A DNA stretch of 64,000 nt from an uncultured Chthonomonadaceae bacterium (GCA_963817895.1 CAWFQB010000001.1:928001-992000), one strand, 5' to 3'. Numbered from the stretch's first letter, positions 1-9,095 are shown. Translations and numbers: made by a program. Notes: generated by a model from the sequence alone, not told the origin.

Positions 1-408
1 AAACTTGGATTTCCTAGAACCTCTAAATACTCAATTTTAGAGAAGTTTACAATTGCTCTTGAACTTGCCGACAAACCTCCATTCGATAAAGTTACTTCGA
101 CTTACCAAAATGCTGATGTTTTGGTTAAACTGCGTAACGCCCTTGTTCACTACGAACCGGAGGCAGTTGACAAGGTCGTATCTGGCAATAGACAGTTCGC
201 TGATATTCAAAAGAAATTGAAGGGGAAGTTCGATCTCATACCGCACATGAAAGACACAGGTAATCCGTTTTTTCCCGATAAGTGTTTAAGTTACGGTTGC
301 GCAAGATGGGCCTCATTATCAGCCCTAAAATTTGGTGATGAGTTCTTCGCCAAACTTGGAATAACGTCACAGTATGACTTCATCAAAAGCCGTCTCAGCC
401 AGATATAA
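1..408 (+). CDS. HEPN-like protein, 5' end outside the window
   Basis: Frame is open from base 1 (KLGFPRTSKYSILEKF...) to TAA at 406-408; contains an RxxxxH motif (RNALVH); AT-rich. Confidence 0.6.
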   Translation, partial: KLGFPRTSKYSILEKFTIALELADKPPFDKVTSTYQNADVLVKLRNALVHYEPEAVDKVVSGNRQFADIQKKLKGKFDLIPHMKDTGNPFFPDKCLSYGCARWASLSALKFGDEFFAKLGITSQYDFIKSRLSQI

Positions 409-482
409 CATGAGCGTGAACAATGGCCTAGAAACCTTGTTCACGCTCTTTCATTTTGTCCTCGACTACTGCCGTTTTCGTA

Positions 483-640
483 TCAGGCGCTCAGTCTCAG
501 CCGCTCTCTTATATACTTCACAAGCCGCAAAAAGAGTTCTGGCCGATGGCTACTGACTCGAAATTTGCCGAATCGCTCTTTAAGTTCATCCAGCGGGCAA
601 TCATGAATCCCCGATGGTAAAAAGCCTTCCCAAAGTTCAT
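483..640 (-). pseudogene. N-terminal fragment of a DUF6932-like (nucleotidyltransferase-fold) protein
   Basis: GFLPSGIHDCPLDELKERFG..SSHRPELF resembles the DUF6932 N-terminus; the SD+ATG at 640-638 is out of frame with it and the ORF stops after ~50 aa. Confidence 0.5.
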
Positions 641-715
641 GCGCCCCTCCCCATCCCCTTGATGCTAAATTTAGAAAAAAGTAGAAAAATATCTGTGTAA
701 ATAGCAGAAACAAAC

Positions 716-742
716 GAACCTCTTCCGAATATATCTCGTCTA
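716..742 (+). promoter_or_regulatory. ECF-sigma-type promoter motif GAAC-N17-CGTCTA (element copy 1)
   Basis: Both boxes and the 17-nt spacing are conserved in all three copies while the spacer sequence varies. Confidence 0.55.
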
Positions 743-899
743 CATACTCATATACGTCTACTATATAGCGTCTATTAACCAGCGTGTACTAACTGGTCAG
801 GCGGCGGGACGTTACAAGCGCGGAGTTTATATCAACGATGAACTCTCCACTGGAGCTACGAACTCACAACAATCTAACCCGGAAGGGAGGTGCAAGAAG

Positions 900-929
900 A
901 TGCCTGTATATACTTCTCGTTCGCCCTGA
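900..929 (+). CDS. Putative 9-aa micro-peptide MPVYTSRSP
   Basis: GGAAGGGAGGT SD ending 8 nt before the ATG; start, length and stop position conserved in the other two copies. Confidence 0.55.
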   Translation: MPVYTSRSP

Positions 930-1232
930 TGCTTACGAGGTCACGACGCCTCCTTAGAAAAAATTTGACACAACGAGACACCGGGCTGGAAGCGCTGCAT
1001 TGCCACTATTTCGACGCTGTCTCTACATATTCCCTTTTTTCTGCCTACGGCCTTCCCGGTATTCACACCTTTATAGAAGCGTCCGCCCCGCATGATAAAC
1101 ACGCGGCATTGCGCTGCCAATATGAACCCGTTTGCAGGTGGCGACGTATGTACAATTGAACGCTTGCAAACGCCGACAACGCCGTCGCAGAGAACGCAAG
1201 CGCATACTACCGATTAAAAAGGATATGCCGCC

Positions 1233-2885
1233 ATGCCCACCAGTCCACTCGCCGGGAAACCCGCGCCCGCTGATATACTTGTTGATGTTGACCTGCTGCT
1301 TCGCCAGTATTACGATGTTCACCCCGACCCCGCCAACCCGCTGCAACAGGTGAGTTTCGGCACATCCGGGCATCGGGGAACGTCCGCGAAGGGTTCGTTC
1401 AACGAGGATCATATCCTCGCCATCACGCAGGCCATTGTGGAGTATCGGCACGAACAGAACATTACCGGGCCGCTGTACATGGGTATGGACAGCCACGCGC
1501 TTTCCGCCCCTGCCCAATCCACCGCGCTCGAAGTGCTGGCCGCGCATGGCATCGAAACGTTCATTGCCGAAAACAACGGATTTACGCCCACGCCCGTTAT
1601 CTCCCACGCCATTTTGACCTACAACAAAGGGCGTCTGCCTTCTGGAAACGGGCTTGCGGACGGCATTGTGATTACGCCCTCCCACAATCCGCCCGAAGAC
1701 GGCGGCTTCAAGTACAATCCTCCGAACGGCGGGCCTGCGGATACCAACATCACGGGCTGGGTGCAGAACCGCGCCAACGAACTGCTCCGCAACAAACTAA
1801 ACGGCGTTCGGCGCATAACCCATGAGCAGGCGTTGCGGGCGTCCACCACCCGCCATTACGATTACATTCATCCTTACGTCAATGATCTGGGCAGCGTGAT
1901 TGACATGGCAGCCATTGCGTCTTCCGGCCTGAAACTGGGCGCGGACCCGCTTGGCGGCGCGAGCATCGCGTACTGGGAACCCATTGCCGAAACGTACAAA
2001 CTGAACCTGACGGTTGTAGATAAAACCGTTGATCCGACGTTCCGCTTTATGCCCGTTGACCACGACGGCAAAATTCGTATGGACTGCTCCTCGCCCTACG
2101 CCATGAGCAATCTCATTAAACTGAAAGACCGATACGCCATCGCGTGGGGCAACGATACGGACGCCGACCGGCACGGCATTGTCGCGCCGGGTGTCGGCCT
2201 GCTCAACCCCAACCACTATCTTGCCGTCGCCATCCACTACCTGTTCACCAATCGCCCCGGCTGGAAACCCGACAGCGCAATCGGCAAAACAATTGTCAGC
2301 AGCAGCATGATTGACCGCGTGGCGCAGTCCATTGGGCGCAAACTGGTGGAAACGCCGGTCGGCTTCAAGTGGTTCGTGGATGGACTGGTAGACGGCTCGT
2401 TCGGCTTCGGCGGCGAGGAGAGCGCGGGCGCGTCGTATCTGCGCAAGGACGGAACCGCGTGGACAACCGACAAGGACGGCCCCATTATGGACTTGCTGGC
2501 AGCCGAAATCACCGCCCGAACCGGCAAAGACCCCGGCGTTCACTATCAGGAACTGACCGCAACATTAGGAAATCCGATTTACACGCGCATTGACGCGCCC
2601 GCCACGCCCGAACAAAAAGACAAGCTGAAAAAACTCTCGCCCGAAGCTGTCCGCGCGTCCACGCTTGCGGGCGAACCGATCACCGCCCGCCTGACCAAAG
2701 CCCCCGGCAACAATGCCGACATCGGCGGCCTGAAAGTGGTCACGACAAACGGATGGTTCGCCGCCCGTCCGTCCGGCACGGAAGACGTGTACAAAATCTA
2801 CGCCGAAAGTTTCCACGATCAGGCGCATCTCGACAAAATTCTCGAAGAGGCCCGCCACATCGTCAACGACGCGCTAGGCGTATAA
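1233..2885 (+). CDS. pgm: Phosphoglucomutase, alpha-D-glucose phosphate-specific
   Basis: FGTSGHRG, catalytic ITPSHNP, DTDADRH metal loop, GGEESAG, RPSGTE. Confidence 0.97.
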   Translation: MPTSPLAGKPAPADILVDVDLLLRQYYDVHPDPANPLQQVSFGTSGHRGTSAKGSFNEDHILAITQAIVEYRHEQNITGPLYMGMDSHALSAPAQSTALEVLAAHGIETFIAENNGFTPTPVISHAILTYNKGRLPSGNGLADGIVITPSHNPPEDGGFKYNPPNGGPADTNITGWVQNRANELLRNKLNGVRRITHEQALRASTTRHYDYIHPYVNDLGSVIDMAAIASSGLKLGADPLGGASIAYWEPIAETYKLNLTVVDKTVDPTFRFMPVDHDGKIRMDCSSPYAMSNLIKLKDRYAIAWGNDTDADRHGIVAPGVGLLNPNHYLAVAIHYLFTNRPGWKPDSAIGKTIVSSSMIDRVAQSIGRKLVETPVGFKWFVDGLVDGSFGFGGEESAGASYLRKDGTAWTTDKDGPIMDLLAAEITARTGKDPGVHYQELTATLGNPIYTRIDAPATPEQKDKLKKLSPEAVRASTLAGEPITARLTKAPGNNADIGGLKVVTTNGWFAARPSGTEDVYKIYAESFHDQAHLDKILEEARHIVNDALGV

Positions 2886-2912
2886 CGGAACACGTCCCAC
2901 GAGGAGAACACC

Positions 2913-4388
2913 ATGCCGATACTCCGTTCATGCGTTCTAAAGCAAATCACCTACGTTGGCCTGCTCCTGAGCGTCAGCGGATATTCACGCGCTGACGCGC
3001 AACAAACGTCTGCTCGAAACAGGGTTGCCGCCGTGAAACTGACGAAACTTGTTGACCAATCAACGCCCGTCCCCGCAGAACTGACGGCCAAAGTAAACGC
3101 ATTTATGCAGCCGCTCATTGATGGCGAAGTGGTTTTCAGTTTAGCTATCGGGCTGATAGATGGCGACAAAACGTACATTTTGGGATATGGAAGCGTTTCC
3201 GCGTCCCACCCCGGCAAGCCGGACGGCAACACGCTTTACGAAATCGGCTCCATTACCAAAGTGTTTACGGGGACTTTGCTTGCCGAAATGGTGGGACGCA
3301 AAGAAGCGGAATTAGCCGACCCAATCGCGAAGTACCTGCCTTCAACGGCAAAAACGCCGACATTTGAAAGAACGCCGATTACGCTTCTCGATCTCGCCAC
3401 GCAAAGTTCCGGCCTGCCGCGCATGCCGGATAATCTCGCGCCACAAAACCCGTCAAACCCGTATGCCGATTACACAGGCGACAAACTGCTGGCGTTCCTT
3501 TCCGGTTACAAACTCACGCGCAAACCCGGCGCGAAATACGAGTACAGCAATCTCGGCATGGGACTGCTCGGCTACGCGCTGGCAAATCACCTGCAAAAAC
3601 CGTATGAAGCCTTGATCAAGCAGCGCGTATGCGAACCGTTGGGCATGACAAGCACGGTCAACACGCTAAACGCGGAACAGCGTACCCGATTAGCGGCAGG
3701 GCATGATACGGACGGAAATGTGGTTTCGAACTGGGATTTGGCGGCTTTGGCGGGCGCGGGGGGATTGCGCTCCAATGTGGTTGATATGCTGCGCTTCCTG
3801 AAAGCCAATATCACGGCAAATGCGGAAGCCGCGCCGACGGCGATACAAACTGCGTTGCTGTTGGCGCAAAAGCCGGAGCGTCCCGTTGACGGCGGGGGTC
3901 AGATCGGCCTTGCGTGGCACATTCTGCCGGACGGCACAACGGTCTGGCACAACGGCAGCACGGGCGGCTACCGTTCCCTTGTAGCCTTCAATCGGGAGAA
4001 AAAACAGGGCGTTGTCGTGCTGTGTAATACGGCCGGTGACGTTGTGGATCAGGTGGGGTTCGGCCTGCTGCGAATGTTGGGCGGCGACGCATTGCCAACG
4101 CTGAAACTGCGCCTGCCCGCCAAAATCAATACGGGTGTTTACAGCCGCTATGTTGGCGAGTACGAATTGGCTCCGGGCGCGGTTATCACAATCACGCGGG
4201 AACAAAACAAGCTTTTGGCGCAACTGACCGGACAGGGCAAATACCGCCTTTATCCCGCTTCGGAAACCAGTTTTTTCTACCGGATTGTAGACGCGCAGGT
4301 TACGTTTGTCAAAGCCAGCAGCGGCAAAGTTGAAAAACTAATTCTGCATCAGAACGGACGCGACCTGCCCGCCAACAAAGTGAACTAA
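2913..4388 (+). CDS. Serine hydrolase, beta-lactamase/AmpH-like family, with C-terminal DUF3471-like domain
   Basis: SxxK (GSITK), YSN and HNG motifs; signal-peptide-like N-terminus. Confidence 0.9.
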   Translation: MPILRSCVLKQITYVGLLLSVSGYSRADAQQTSARNRVAAVKLTKLVDQSTPVPAELTAKVNAFMQPLIDGEVVFSLAIGLIDGDKTYILGYGSVSASHPGKPDGNTLYEIGSITKVFTGTLLAEMVGRKEAELADPIAKYLPSTAKTPTFERTPITLLDLATQSSGLPRMPDNLAPQNPSNPYADYTGDKLLAFLSGYKLTRKPGAKYEYSNLGMGLLGYALANHLQKPYEALIKQRVCEPLGMTSTVNTLNAEQRTRLAAGHDTDGNVVSNWDLAALAGAGGLRSNVVDMLRFLKANITANAEAAPTAIQTALLLAQKPERPVDGGGQIGLAWHILPDGTTVWHNGSTGGYRSLVAFNREKKQGVVVLCNTAGDVVDQVGFGLLRMLGGDALPTLKLRLPAKINTGVYSRYVGEYELAPGAVITITREQNKLLAQLTGQGKYRLYPASETSFFYRIVDAQVTFVKASSGKVEKLILHQNGRDLPANKVN

Positions 4389-4403
4389 TACCCGTTCCAC
4401 GAT

Positions 4404-4739
4404 TTACGCCGTATTACCTTTTACAAGTTGCGGACTGCTATCAAGTACATCTTGATGTTCCTGCACATTCTCCGACACAAGCGCGAAGTCAGCCAGCCAT
4501 GCGCTATAACCTGTAGCGCTCCAATCCGTTGCAATCGTTACTTGAACCATATCCCCTGCGCAAACTTGCGCTGTAAACCGTTCATACAGCGCGGCATCCG
4601 GTATAGGAACTATCAGTTGAGCGAATTTAATGCGCTTTCCCTGCTTGTACAGCCATTTGCCTGTCACAATGCGGGGTGGATTGCCGGGTAGTATTTCTAT
4701 AATCTGAGTGGTCGTAATCACATGCTCAACTTCAGTCAT
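4404..4739 (-). CDS. Hypothetical protein
   Basis: 111-aa ORF overlapping the stop of the upstream gene, with a GAGG SD. Confidence 0.6.
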   Translation of the reverse strand: MTEVEHVITTTQIIEILPGNPPRIVTGKWLYKQGKRIKFAQLIVPIPDAALYERFTAQVCAGDMVQVTIATDWSATGYSAWLADFALVSENVQEHQDVLDSSPQLVKGNTA

Positions 4740-5247
4740 TAGCGTTACCTCGTTGCCGTATCAAGGGCGGCAATCGTTGGAACTCCGGTGTACTTATGCT
4801 CACAGGCTTTCCGGTTCCTCCGATGAAAGCGACTTCTTTGTTGGCTAAATCATAGACTGCTATCTGATTATACTGACTTGCAAGCCGGAGAACCAGAGGT
4901 TTATCCGGCAGTGTAGCCACAATATCCAGATAAGTAGTGTCTTCTTCCTCATCGTACCATGTTCCGATACAAAGGCGCGGGTCTGCCAGTAAATCAATAT
5001 TGTCAGTGATGAACTTGTGCATCTGACGCGCGGATACCATTTTACCGGGTACGATGGATGTTCTTTCCAGAAACAAAGACACAGCGTAGAGGTTTTGACC
5101 GGCGACATTGCCGAAGTACAGGCTGAAGGTCGCGCCGCCGTGTTCGTTGTGGCTGGCAACAAGAGCCTGCGCTGCCGCTTCCACAGCAATCTGACGCGGC
5201 AGGCGAGTTCGACGGTTGGACAGGTACGTTTGCAGGTCTTTTGCCAT
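4732..5247 (-). CDS. Hypothetical protein with GTWxD..YLD / NQIAVYDL..GGTG motifs
   Basis: 171-aa ORF starting 15 nt after the thrC stop; protein-like composition. Confidence 0.7.
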   Translation of the reverse strand: MAKDLQTYLSNRRTRLPRQIAVEAAAQALVASHNEHGGATFSLYFGNVAGQNLYAVSLFLERTSIVPGKMVSARQMHKFITDNIDLLADPRLCIGTWYDEEEDTTYLDIVATLPDKPLVLRLASQYNQIAVYDLANKEVAFIGGTGKPVSISTPEFQRLPPLIRQRGNAND

Positions 5248-5262
5248 TGGCGATAAACAGAG

Positions 5263-6318
5263 TTAGTAGCCGATGGCATGGAGAACGGCGTCACGGGTGG
5301 CGGGAACGGCAATCAGGGACTCGCCGGACTGCTGCACGGCGCGTTCCGGGTCTTTGAGTCCGTGTCCCGTCAGCGTGGCGACAATCGTGACGGGCTTCGT
5401 GAAGAAACCTTGCGTGGCGAGTTTGCGCAAACCGGCAATGGACGCCGCGCTTGCCGGTTCGACGAACACGCCTTCCAACGCGGGCAGCAGTTTGTAGGCG
5501 TCCAGAATCTCTTCATCGGTCACGCTGGCAATAAGCCCGCCCGATTCATCCCGCGCCTGAATCGCGTTTTGCCAGCTTGCCGGGTTGCCGATGCGAATGG
5601 CGGTGGCAACGGTGTCAGGGTTGGAAATGGCCTTGCCCGTTACAAGTGGGGCCGCGCCATGCGCCTGAAAGCCGAGCATCGTGGGCAGACTAGCGCACTT
5701 GCCCGCCGCATAATACTCTGTATATCCCTTCCAGTAGGCCGTGATGTTGCCCGCGTTGCCGACCGGCAAAACGTGGTAGTCCGGCGCGTGTCCAAGCGCG
5801 TCCACCACCTCAAAGGCGGCGGTTTTCTGCCCCTCCAATCGGTACGGATTGACGGAATTTACGAGCGCAATCGGATGCTGTGAACAAATGTCGCGAACAA
5901 GACAGAGCGCGTCGTCGAAATTGCCGTTTATCGCCAGCACTTTCGCGCCGTAAATCAAGGCCTGCGACAATTTGCCCAGCGCGATGTTGCCGTCGGGAAC
6001 CAGCACGAAGCAGCCCATGCCCGCCCGCGCCGCATACGCCGCCGCCGCCGCGCTCGTATTGCCCGTACTGGCGCACATCACGGTTTGCTGTCCCTCTTCA
6101 TGCGCTTTGGTTACGGCCAGCGTCATACCCCGATCCTTAAACGATCCCGTCGGGTTCATGCCCTCGAATTTGCCGTACAGCGTCACGAACGGACTGATCG
6201 CCGCGCTCAGACGGGGAAGGGGAATGAGGGGCGTATTCCCCTCCATCAGCGATACGACCGACGTTGTCTCACTAACGGGCAGCCACTCCCGATAGCGTTC
6301 AATCACTCCACGATACAA
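5263..6318 (-). CDS. thrC: Threonine synthase
   Basis: NPTGSFKDRGM PLP lysine, CASTGNTS, PVGNAGNI, TGHGLKD. Confidence 0.96.
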   Translation of the reverse strand: MYRGVIERYREWLPVSETTSVVSLMEGNTPLIPLPRLSAAISPFVTLYGKFEGMNPTGSFKDRGMTLAVTKAHEEGQQTVMCASTGNTSAAAAAYAARAGMGCFVLVPDGNIALGKLSQALIYGAKVLAINGNFDDALCLVRDICSQHPIALVNSVNPYRLEGQKTAAFEVVDALGHAPDYHVLPVGNAGNITAYWKGYTEYYAAGKCASLPTMLGFQAHGAAPLVTGKAISNPDTVATAIRIGNPASWQNAIQARDESGGLIASVTDEEILDAYKLLPALEGVFVEPASAASIAGLRKLATQGFFTKPVTIVATLTGHGLKDPERAVQQSGESLIAVPATRDAVLHAIGY

Positions 6319-6336
6319 AGGAGTTCTCCTTACTTT

Positions 6337-7812
6337 TTATTCCGCATGGGATGCGCTCTCATTCGACATTGTCTGTTCCAATGCCTGCTCTATGTAGGGT
6401 TGAACACCCCAAAAGTCTCGAAAGGCGGCGTAAGTTTCCTGCGCGGCCTGTTGGCGGGCTGCGTTCGCGATCTTGTTTTCCCCGTCGCCGCGCCGAACGG
6501 CCCGGATCAGCAGGTTTTTGGGCGTGTGTTCCGCGTCCACAAATTCCAGCATTTGAACGTGATAGCCCTGCGCGGCGAGCAGTTCGGCGCGAAGGGTATC
6601 TGTAATCAGACTGGAAAGCCGTTCGCGTATAATGCCGTGCCGCAGCATGGGCTGAAGCGCGTCGTTGTGGATTTTGGAAAACAACTCGTGCTGACAACAC
6701 GGCGCGGCCAGAATCACCTGCGCGTTCCACGCCACCGCCTTTGCCAGCGCGTCATCGGTCGCGGTATCGCAGGCGTGGAGGGCGACAACCATGTCTATTT
6801 TCGATTTTCGATTTTCGATTTTCGATTGAAGCGCTTCTGTCTTCTCTTCTCTTCCTTCTTCAAGATTAAATTTTTGAATGTCGCTGACGATGAACGACAG
6901 GCTGGTGTAATTCAGTTCGGCGGCAAGAGTAGTCAGTTGTTCGAGAACGTCTTGTTTTAGGTCTACGCCGAGCAGGGAGATGTTCAGGCCACGCAGGTTG
7001 CGCAGGTAGTGGTACAGCGCGAACGTCAGGTAGCCTTTGCCGCAGCCGAAGTCTACGATTTGCAGCGGCTGTTCGGGGCGCAGGCGGGCGCGTTCCAGCA
7101 ACGGTTCGGCCACATCCGCAACCATTTCCAGAAAGCGGTTGATCTGCCGGAACTTGTCCCGTTTGGCGGCAACCACTTTGCCATCCGCGCTCATCACGCC
7201 CAATCCCACCAGAAACGGAACCGCTTCCCCCTCGGGCAGAATGTGCTTCTTCGGACGGTCGTGAGGAAAGGATGAAGGATGAAGGATGAGGGATGAGATC
7301 AGTTGAGAGTTGAGAGTTGAGAGTTGATAGGGCTGCCTCTCCTTCTCGTATCTCGTATCTCGTATCTCGTATCTTCTCCTTTTCTCCTTTTCTCCTCTTC
7401 TCCTTGTCTTCCCTCCTGACGGCAAGTTCGTTGCGCTTGTTGAGGGTGAGGTGAAAGCGCCGGTTTCAGTCTGAAATACGCCCTGTTTGAATTGGGTGGT
7501 CAGGAGGGTGGCGAGTTCGGCTTGAGCTTCCGCTTCATTGAGATTGCGGTGCGTCACTTTGCGTTGCTGATGATACGCGAACTGGTACTTGCGCTCGTTT
7601 TTCAGCAGAACGGGGTTGATCTCGACTTTGAGCGCGCTTTCGGGCAGGCGCGTTCGTGGCGCGTTTACAATGCCGCTTTGCAGCGCATTTCCGGCAAATA
7701 ACTCCGCGCTTAACGTTTGCAGGTCTTCCGGCTTTGCGGTTTGCTGTGGTTGTGTTTCCTGCGTCTCAGATTGCTGTGGTTCGGCTTCTTGTTGTAGGAC
7801 TGTATTTTGCAT
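6337..7812 (-). CDS. SAM-dependent methyltransferase (Methyltransf_32-like) with in-frame heptamer-repeat insertions
   Basis: VDFGCGKGYL, ALHACDTATD, PCCQHE, EHTPKN motifs. Confidence 0.88.
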   Translation of the reverse strand: MQNTVLQQEAEPQQSETQETQPQQTAKPEDLQTLSAELFAGNALQSGIVNAPRTRLPESALKVEINPVLLKNERKYQFAYHQQRKVTHRNLNEAEAQAELATLLTTQFKQGVFQTETGAFTSPSTSATNLPSGGKTRRRGEKEKRRRYEIRDTRYEKERQPYQLSTLNSQLISSLILHPSSFPHDRPKKHILPEGEAVPFLVGLGVMSADGKVVAAKRDKFRQINRFLEMVADVAEPLLERARLRPEQPLQIVDFGCGKGYLTFALYHYLRNLRGLNISLLGVDLKQDVLEQLTTLAAELNYTSLSFIVSDIQKFNLEEGREEKTEALQSKIENRKSKIDMVVALHACDTATDDALAKAVAWNAQVILAAPCCQHELFSKIHNDALQPMLRHGIIRERLSSLITDTLRAELLAAQGYHVQMLEFVDAEHTPKNLLIRAVRRGDGENKIANAARQQAAQETYAAFRDFWGVQPYIEQALEQTMSNESASHAE

Positions 7813-7875
7813 GTTTTATTGTAGCACGGCGCGCGGCTATCCTGCCATGTTCAGCGTGTGCTACAATGATTCGTT

Positions 7876-9090
7876 ATGCCTGAACAAACGTCTGCTTCAC
7901 AACTCTCTGCGGCGGCGACCAATGCCTCCTCTGCCGGTACGCCCTCCGCCGATTTAAATATTCCCGCCGATAAGCGCGTCCGCATTGCCGAAGATCTGCT
8001 GGCGTGGTACCGGGTTCACAAACGGGATTTACCCTGGCGCGGCGCGACGCCTTATGGCGTCTGGGTATCGGAAATCATGCTGCAACAAACGCAGGTGGCG
8101 ACCGTGATTCCATTTTACCATCGGTTTATGGAACGATTTCCCACAGTGGAAGCGTTGGCCGATGCGCCCATTGAGGACGCGCTGAAATACTGGGCGGGAC
8201 TGGGGTATTATGCCCGCGCCCGCAACCTGCACCGGGCCGCGCAAATGGTCGTCGCGCAGCACGGCGGCAGGGTTCCCGATACGCCGGAAACCATCGCCAC
8301 GCTTCCCGGCATCGGGCGGTATACGTCGGGCGCGATTTTATCTATTGCCTACAATCTGCCGCAACCCCTTGTGGACGCCAATGTGATTCGCGTTTTATGC
8401 CGCGTGTTCGGACTGCGCGGCGATCCCAAATCCACACGGAATCGGGCCGCGCTATGGTCACTTGCCGCACAGCTTGTGCCGCAGGATTTTCCGGGTGACT
8501 TCAATCAGGGTTTGATGGAATTGGGCGCGTTGATTTGCGAGCCTGCCGACCCGAAGTGCGAACAATGTCCCCTGCTGAATGATTGCATGGCGGGCAACAG
8601 TCCTGATCCGAGCGCGCTGCCGGAGTTTCCGCCCGGACGCGCTTCCATTGCCGTGACGCACAGTTCCGCCATTGTTCGCAATACGGCAGGGCATTTTTTA
8701 ATTGTGCAGCGTCCGCTGCATGGTTTGTGGGGCGGGTTGTGGGAGTTTCCGCGCGTGGTTTGCGCGTCAGGAGAAAGCCCGCAGGAGGGCGCGATACGCG
8801 CGGCAAAGGAGATTGCCGGGTTGGATGTTCAGACAGGCCCGCGCCTCGGCAAAGTGAAGCACGGCGTCACTCACCACCGTATCACGCTGTACGGGTTTGC
8901 CGCTTCGCTTGCCGTTCCTTCGCAGGTTCCGTTTCCGCTCGGCTGCGCTCAGGTTCGTTGGGAATCACTGGACGCGCTGGAAAACTACGCTTTTTCCTCG
9001 CCGCAGGCGTTACTGCGAGAAGCGCTGCTCGATTTTGACGCGCAGAAAAAAACTGGAAGCGTACAGCGCTCGCTTACTTTTGAGGAATGA
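7876..9090 (+). CDS. mutY: A/G-specific adenine glycosylase
   Basis: WVSEIMLQQTQV, GLGYYARARNLH, HhH LPGIGRYT, Fe-S cysteine cluster, C-terminal NUDIX-like domain. Confidence 0.96.
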   Translation: MPEQTSASQLSAAATNASSAGTPSADLNIPADKRVRIAEDLLAWYRVHKRDLPWRGATPYGVWVSEIMLQQTQVATVIPFYHRFMERFPTVEALADAPIEDALKYWAGLGYYARARNLHRAAQMVVAQHGGRVPDTPETIATLPGIGRYTSGAILSIAYNLPQPLVDANVIRVLCRVFGLRGDPKSTRNRAALWSLAAQLVPQDFPGDFNQGLMELGALICEPADPKCEQCPLLNDCMAGNSPDPSALPEFPPGRASIAVTHSSAIVRNTAGHFLIVQRPLHGLWGGLWEFPRVVCASGESPQEGAIRAAKEIAGLDVQTGPRLGKVKHGVTHHRITLYGFAASLAVPSQVPFPLGCAQVRWESLDALENYAFSSPQALLREALLDFDAQKKTGSVQRSLTFEE

Positions 9091-9095
9091 GATTC

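Larger units (their letters stand above)
638..1041 (+). repeat. Dispersed non-coding element, copy 1 (ECF-like promoter, 9-codon ORF, conserved hairpin core)
   Basis: Reverse complement aligns block-by-block with 17385-17740 and 59087-59470; core 965-1029 is 64/65 identical to each other copy. Confidence 0.9.

Noticed and set aside
868..880. Integron attC/attI interpretation of the element (ATCTAAC fits RYYYAAC)
   Set aside because: No conserved partner GTTRRRY box or L boxes at suitable spacing, and no integron integrase in the window.
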